Part shown: positions 59,540 through 64,000 of the stretch, in pieces | Numbering within the stretch: position 1 is the stretch's first letter | Layout: each line of letters begins with the position of its first letter | NCBI GenBank assembly: GCA_034520565.1 | Contig: JAXHNL010000002.1 | Coordinates: 928,001-992,000 of the forward strand | Direction of reading: 5' to 3' | From: Halodesulfurarchaeum sp. | GTDB taxonomy: Archaea > Halobacteriota > Halobacteria > Halobacteriales > Halobacteriaceae | Length of the DNA stretch: 64,000 bases | The notes under the pieces: model-generated | What the model was told of the DNA's origin: nothing | Seen by the model: the letters and a program-made list of their open reading frames with translations, nothing else | Databases searched by the model: none | Position numbers and translations under genes: made by a program

Positions 59540-60175
59540 TCACTCCGAGTCCGGGTGCTCGATGCCGGCGAACATCGTGTCCACCCCGGCCTGCTCTGCC
59601 GTCATGACCGAGGGGTGGACCGCGACGCCGATGACGTAATCGTCCTCGTGGGCGACCCGGAAGAGGTGAACGGTGACGTCGACCTCCTGGCCGGCGAACT
59701 CGGTCGTGGCATCGAAGACCGAGACGGTCGCGTCCTCGCCGAGGACGGTCACTGTGCGGTTGTCACGAAACGTCGCGTCCGAGAATCCAGCCTGGCCCGC
59801 GGCGACCGTGTCGAGGAGCTGGCGCGGTCCCATCTTGCCCACGGGGTTCACGGCCTGGCCCGCCATGGTCATCTGCGGGGTCGAGACCACGGCCACGGTC
59901 CCGACGGCGTCAGTGGTCGCTATCGCGAGGTCCCGCTCGTAGGTGGCGATCCAGTTTTCCGCTTCGATGGTCCGTTCTTGACCGAGCGCCTCGACGGTCC
60001 GGTTGATCGATTGGCTCTCGACGCCGACGAGCTCGTACTGGGCGTCCTGCTGGGCGGTCTCCGAGACGGTCGCCGCGTCGGCCGTGAATTCGAGGGTCTC
60101 TCCAGTGAGGAGTGCACACCCACTCAGGGCAACGAGTGCTGCAAGTGCCACGACAGCCAGTGTCCGTCGGTTCAT
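59540..60175 (-). CDS. Lipoprotein (DUF6517-like)
   Basis: MNRR + hydrophobic stretch + lipobox LSGC; STP...G...NP; HEDDYVIGVAVHP. Confidence 0.78.
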   Translation of the reverse strand: MNRRTLAVVALAALVALSGCALLTGETLEFTADAATVSETAQQDAQYELVGVESQSINRTVEALGQERTIEAENWIATYERDLAIATTDAVGTVAVVSTPQMTMAGQAVNPVGKMGPRQLLDTVAAGQAGFSDATFRDNRTVTVLGEDATVSVFDATTEFAGQEVDVTVHLFRVAHEDDYVIGVAVHPSVMTAEQAGVDTMFAGIEHPDSE

Positions 60176-60224
60176 ACCCTCCATAGGAGCCCGAGACATC
60201 TCAACCTTGCCGTGGGAGAGCCGG

Positions 60225-61139
60225 TCAATCGGCAGCCGAATCAGTCTCCTCGACCGGCTGTTCGCCGTCGGGGAGGGTCTCACCAAGCCGCTCGAGGACC
60301 CGCCGTCCCTGCACCTCGTCGCCGAGCGCGCGGACCAGTGCGAGGGCCCGCTGGGTCCGAGTCTGCCGCCAGGAGGCCTCGCGGGCCTCGTAGGTCCGGA
60401 TCGCCCGGAGGAAGTCGACCTTCGAGAACTCCGGCCAGTATGGCGTACAGAAGAAGGCGGCGGCCTCGTTCCCGTTCGCATACCAGGGCAGGAAGTTGCT
60501 CGTCCGCTCGTCGCCGCCGGTCCGGACGATGAGGTCGACATCCCGCATCGACCCGTGGTAGAGCCGCGACTCGATCGTATCCACGTCCACCGTTTCGGGC
60601 TCGATCTCGTCCTCGGCGACGCCACTTGCCACTTCCCGGGTGACATCGAGCAGGGCGGCCCGGCCGCCGTAGGCGATGGCGACGTTGAGCGTCAGGGCGT
60701 CGTACTCGGCGGTCCGGCGCTGGGCGTACTCGATGGCCTCCCGGACCCGCTCGGGCATTCGGTGGGTCTGGCCGAGCACCCGGATGTCCACCTCGTCCTC
60801 GTGGACCCGGTCGCTGTCGGCGAACTCGTAGAGCTTCTCGGCGAGCAGATCGAAGAGGTGTTCGCGCTCCTCGGCGGGCCGGTCGAAATTCTCCGTGGAG
60901 AAGGCATAGATGGTCAGCTCCTCGATCCCCAGTTGGGCACACCACTCGAGGACGCGCTCGGTGGTTTTTGCCCCGGCTTCGTGGCCCTCCTTTGCCGCTT
61001 CGCCGTGTTCGCGGGCGTAGCGGCGGTTCCCGTCCTGGATGATCGCCACGTGCGTGGGCGCCCCCGAGATCTCCCGGTGGAGCAATCGCTCGTAGATGGC
61101 CCGGAAGCCGCGGGTGACCCACTCTCGCATCGTTTGCAT
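60225..61139 (-). CDS. uppS: Polyprenyl diphosphate synthase (cis-prenyltransferase)
   Basis: HVAIIQDGNRR, YAFSTENF.RP, AYGGR, RTGGDERTSNFLPW. Confidence 0.95.
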   Translation of the reverse strand: MQTMREWVTRGFRAIYERLLHREISGAPTHVAIIQDGNRRYAREHGEAAKEGHEAGAKTTERVLEWCAQLGIEELTIYAFSTENFDRPAEEREHLFDLLAEKLYEFADSDRVHEDEVDIRVLGQTHRMPERVREAIEYAQRRTAEYDALTLNVAIAYGGRAALLDVTREVASGVAEDEIEPETVDVDTIESRLYHGSMRDVDLIVRTGGDERTSNFLPWYANGNEAAAFFCTPYWPEFSKVDFLRAIRTYEAREASWRQTRTQRALALVRALGDEVQGRRVLERLGETLPDGEQPVEETDSAAD

Positions 61140-61292
61140 CGATGCCCCCGGCGTCCATGAGTTTTCCGCTTGAATCGCCGGTCACGATTGTGAGCCTGCT
61201 TCGTGTCGTTTCGGCGGTCCTGCCACGGACCGTTCGGGCTCCGGCGTCGTGGAGACCGGAGCGGCTAAACGGACCCTCGCCCAATCACGACT

Positions 61293-61709
61293 ATGGCCGA
61301 GGCAGTCGACACCGAACTCTACCAGGAGGCGGTCTCGCTTCTGGGTCCGGGCGAGGCCGAACTCGCCGGGATCGTCGTTCACACGGACTTCGATGGGACC
61401 GAGGAGCCGGCGATGAACGAGTTGATGCTCTCGATCGGCGAGCGGATCGCCGACCAGCTCCAGGACGGCGAGATGTACGTCTATGCCGGCGAGGACGACG
61501 ACCGCTTCGGTGCGGGACAGTTCCACGGCCGACGGCTGGGAGACGATAGCGTCATCTGGGAGTGTCAGCAACTGCTCCGCGAGCACACGTTCGACCTCGT
61601 CTTTTACTGGGAACGGGTCGGCGAACAGGGGGCCATCGTCTCCGCGGTGAACGAACTCGTCGACACGGTCGTTCCGATCACCGAAGACGGGTTCGTCGTG
61701 CCGGAGTAG
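61293..61709 (+). CDS. Conserved haloarchaeal hypothetical protein (DUF5778-like)
   Basis: LYQ....LL.PGE..L.G..VHT, FHGRRL, WECQQLLR..TFDLVFYWE. Confidence 0.75.
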   Translation: MAEAVDTELYQEAVSLLGPGEAELAGIVVHTDFDGTEEPAMNELMLSIGERIADQLQDGEMYVYAGEDDDRFGAGQFHGRRLGDDSVIWECQQLLREHTFDLVFYWERVGEQGAIVSAVNELVDTVVPITEDGFVVPE

Positions 61710-61844
61710 GCGGTGGCGTCAGCCTCGCTCTGTCCGTGATCGGCGGTGGCCCAGTCCGGGACTGGTCGGGCCGGCCCATCCCGCCCAATCGGCCCTCCGT
61801 GCCGGAACGGAAGCTCGTTTCACGCTTGCACTCCACTGGACGGT

Positions 61845-62117
61845 ATGGGAGAGACACTCGCGGCCGAAACCGTTCGGAACCGACTCCCGGAGGGCTGGAC
61901 GTACGAGGACGACCACATCGTTCGAACCGTCGACTTCGACTCGTATCTCGACGGGGTGGACTTCGCGACCGCGGTCGCCGAACTCGCCGACGAGGCCTTT
62001 CACCATCCACGAATCGTGATCGAGTTCCGTTCGGTCACCGTCGAGTTCACCAGCCACGATGTCGGTGGCGTCACCGAACGGGACCTCGAACTCGCCGAAC
62101 AGGTGGCACAGCTGTGA
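61845..62117 (+). CDS. Pterin-4a-carbinolamine dehydratase
   Basis: AFHHPRI, TSHDVGGVTERDLELA. Confidence 0.92.
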   Translation: MGETLAAETVRNRLPEGWTYEDDHIVRTVDFDSYLDGVDFATAVAELADEAFHHPRIVIEFRSVTVEFTSHDVGGVTERDLELAEQVAQL

Positions 62118-62187
62118 ACGCTCCCGAACACACCCGTTCGGGGCCCAACGCAAAACACTTATCCGCCCGTTGACAACTGATACTCGA

Positions 62188-62838
62188 ATGGAGCCCGAGG
62201 CCTACGATTTCTGGTTGCTCGATCTCGACGGGACGCTGGTCGACACGGAGTGGGCCTACACGCGGCGGGTCTTCGACGCGGTGGGCGAGGAATTGGGATA
62301 CCACTTCACCGACCAGGAGGCACGCTCGCTCTGGCACGGACTCGTCGGCTCGCGGGACGCCCATCTCGAGCGGCTGGGCTTCGAACCGGTCGAGTTCTGG
62401 GAGACGTTCCACGCGGTCGAAGACCCGAAAGAGCGGGCCGCGGCGACCTACCTCCACGAGGACGCGGCGTTCGTCGCGGACCTCGAGGTTCCGGTCGGGG
62501 TCGTCACTCACTCCCAGCCGTTCCTCGCCGAACCGGTGATGGAGACCCTCGACATCGCCGACTGGTTCGACACGGTTGTCACCTGCTCGGAGGATCTGGG
62601 CTGGAAGCCCGACCCGACCCCGCTCGAAGCGGCGATGGACGAACTCGATGTCGATCCCCACGAACAGCAGGGAGTGATGGCCGGCGACGCGGACACCGAC
62701 GTCGGCGCGGCCTGGAACGCGGGCCTCGACGCCGTTCACGTCGAGCGCCACGGGGCCTGTGAGCGTGGCAAGTGCGTGCTGGGGGATTATCGCGTCTCGA
62801 GCTTTGCGGAGCTGTGGTCACAGTCGGCCTCGGACTGA
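62188..62838 (+). CDS. HAD-superfamily hydrolase
   Basis: DLDGTLVD, VVTH, WKPDP, AGDADTDVGAAWNAG. Confidence 0.92.
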   Translation: MEPEAYDFWLLDLDGTLVDTEWAYTRRVFDAVGEELGYHFTDQEARSLWHGLVGSRDAHLERLGFEPVEFWETFHAVEDPKERAAATYLHEDAAFVADLEVPVGVVTHSQPFLAEPVMETLDIADWFDTVVTCSEDLGWKPDPTPLEAAMDELDVDPHEQQGVMAGDADTDVGAAWNAGLDAVHVERHGACERGKCVLGDYRVSSFAELWSQSASD

Positions 62839-62912
62839 ACCATTACGAGCTGTTCTGCCCCACGATCACTCGTGATTCTCAGCACGGGACACGATCCGCC
62901 CCTTCGAGCCCT

Positions 62913-64000
62913 TCAACAACTTTCCACTCCCCATCGCTCGACGGTCACGATGTCCCCAGCCGCGACGACGCCCCTCGATTCCTCGACCTGCACCCAGCCG
63001 TCGATTCCCGGAAGCGACGGGAGCCCACCCCGAGGTGCCTCTCGGGCAGTCGTGTGGCTGTTGTTCGCCCCCGACCCGTCGATCGTCACACCATGGACCG
63101 TTCGCCGGCCGCGTTCGCTTTCGAGGTCGGCCGAGAGGGTGGCTTGCACCGTCGGCACATCGATGGCTGCCGCTCCGATCAGCCCCCCGAGTGCGGGTCT
63201 GACGAGCACCCACGCCACCACGAGCGCGGCGATGGGCGTTCCTGGAAGCATCGCGATCGGCGTCCCGGACACGACGCCCACGCTCGCGCTATGGCCGGGG
63301 CGCAGCGCCAGTCCCCGGACCACTACCTCGCCCATCTCGTTGACGACGGCGGGAAGCAGATCTCGTGCACCGACCGACGAGCCGCCGGTCGTGACGATGA
63401 GATTCGCGTCCAGGTCGCGTTCGATCGCGTTCCGGAGTGCCGCCTCGTCGTCGGTCACGACCTCCCGGTACCGGGCCGTTCCACACCACTGCCTGATAAG
63501 GGTCGAGCCGACGAGCCCGTTCGTCTCCACGACCTCGCCCGGACCGGGATCTGTTTGGACGAGTTCCTCCCCGGTGGGAACGACAGCCACCGTGGGCGAT
63601 TCGATCACCGGGACCGACCGGATGCCGGCGACTTTGAGGGTCCCGAGGTCGCCCGCCCGGAGTCGATGGCCGGGTTCGAAGAGCGTCGCTCCGCCCTCGA
63701 GGTCCGCACCGATCGCCGTGACGTACTGTCCCACCGCGGCCGGTTCGGTGATCTCGATTCCGTCCTCGGTCTCCGTCACCGATTCCACCATGACGACGGC
63801 GTCGGCTATCTCGGGGACGGCCGACCCCGTGTGAACCCAGGTTGCCTCCCCCGGACCAACGGGTTCTGCTTTCGTCTCGAGTTCGACCGGCGTCTCGGGG
63901 CTGGCGTCGGTTGTGTCTGTAGCCCGGATCGCATAGCCGTCCCGCTCTGACCGGCGATAGTGCGGCTGGGGTCGCTCGGCCCGGACCGCGTCCGCCAGGA
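62913..64000 (-). CDS. moeA: Molybdopterin molybdotransferase (5' end beyond the window)
   Basis: DGYA near 63930-63945, VVPTGEEL, ETNG, TTGGSSVGARD, LRPG, LPGTP, DGWV. Confidence 0.9.
   Translation of the reverse strand, partial: LADAVRAERPQPHYRRSERDGYAIRATDTTDASPETPVELETKAEPVGPGEATWVHTGSAVPEIADAVVMVESVTETEDGIEITEPAAVGQYVTAIGADLEGGATLFEPGHRLRAGDLGTLKVAGIRSVPVIESPTVAVVPTGEELVQTDPGPGEVVETNGLVGSTLIRQWCGTARYREVVTDDEAALRNAIERDLDANLIVTTGGSSVGARDLLPAVVNEMGEVVVRGLALRPGHSASVGVVSGTPIAMLPGTPIAALVVAWVLVRPALGGLIGAAAIDVPTVQATLSADLESERGRRTVHGVTIDGSGANNSHTTAREAPRGGLPSLPGIDGWVQVEESRGVVAAGDIVTVERWGVESC

Overview
GC-rich haloarchaeal chromosomal segment: acidic proteins, frequent ATGA/GTGA gene overlaps, and TATA boxes about 25-30 nt upstream of apparently leaderless starts. 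The gene content (Tat-exported molybdoenzyme operon, rhodanese/YeeE sulfur module) suggests an anaerobically respiring halophile, but the taxon is an inference. The core content is thrB, nikR, the leuA-ilvBNC-leuCDB operon, dnaG, DUF92, two cis-prenyltransferases, PCD, a HAD hydrolase and moeA. Accessory blocks are a membrane-anchored five-fold DUF1508 protein, a rhodanese-persulfide dioxygenase/YeeE pair, a MoxR AAA+/VWA-metallopeptidase module, a dmsR-EABCD-like operon, a CetZ, and a USP/BCCT module. No rRNA, tRNA, IS element or CRISPR array was seen. The three most interesting signals are (1) an orc1/cdc6 - radA-like - small gene - polB2 cassette whose promoter carries an exact TTTCACTTTCA motif, a candidate damage-inducible 'mutasome' with its own Orc1; (2) a leuA with no N-terminal in-frame ATG, overlapped by a promoter-proximal 24-codon uORF that would join leuA by a +1 frameshift at GUU-CUU-C (Val-Leu); and (3) an Ile/Val-containing 26-aa leader peptide with a GC hairpin upstream of ilvB, nested in a repeat-containing ORF coupled to both neighbours. 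Points 2 and 3 together suggest translational control of branched-chain amino acid synthesis in an archaeon. All family assignments are from motif recognition, and no database searches were run.
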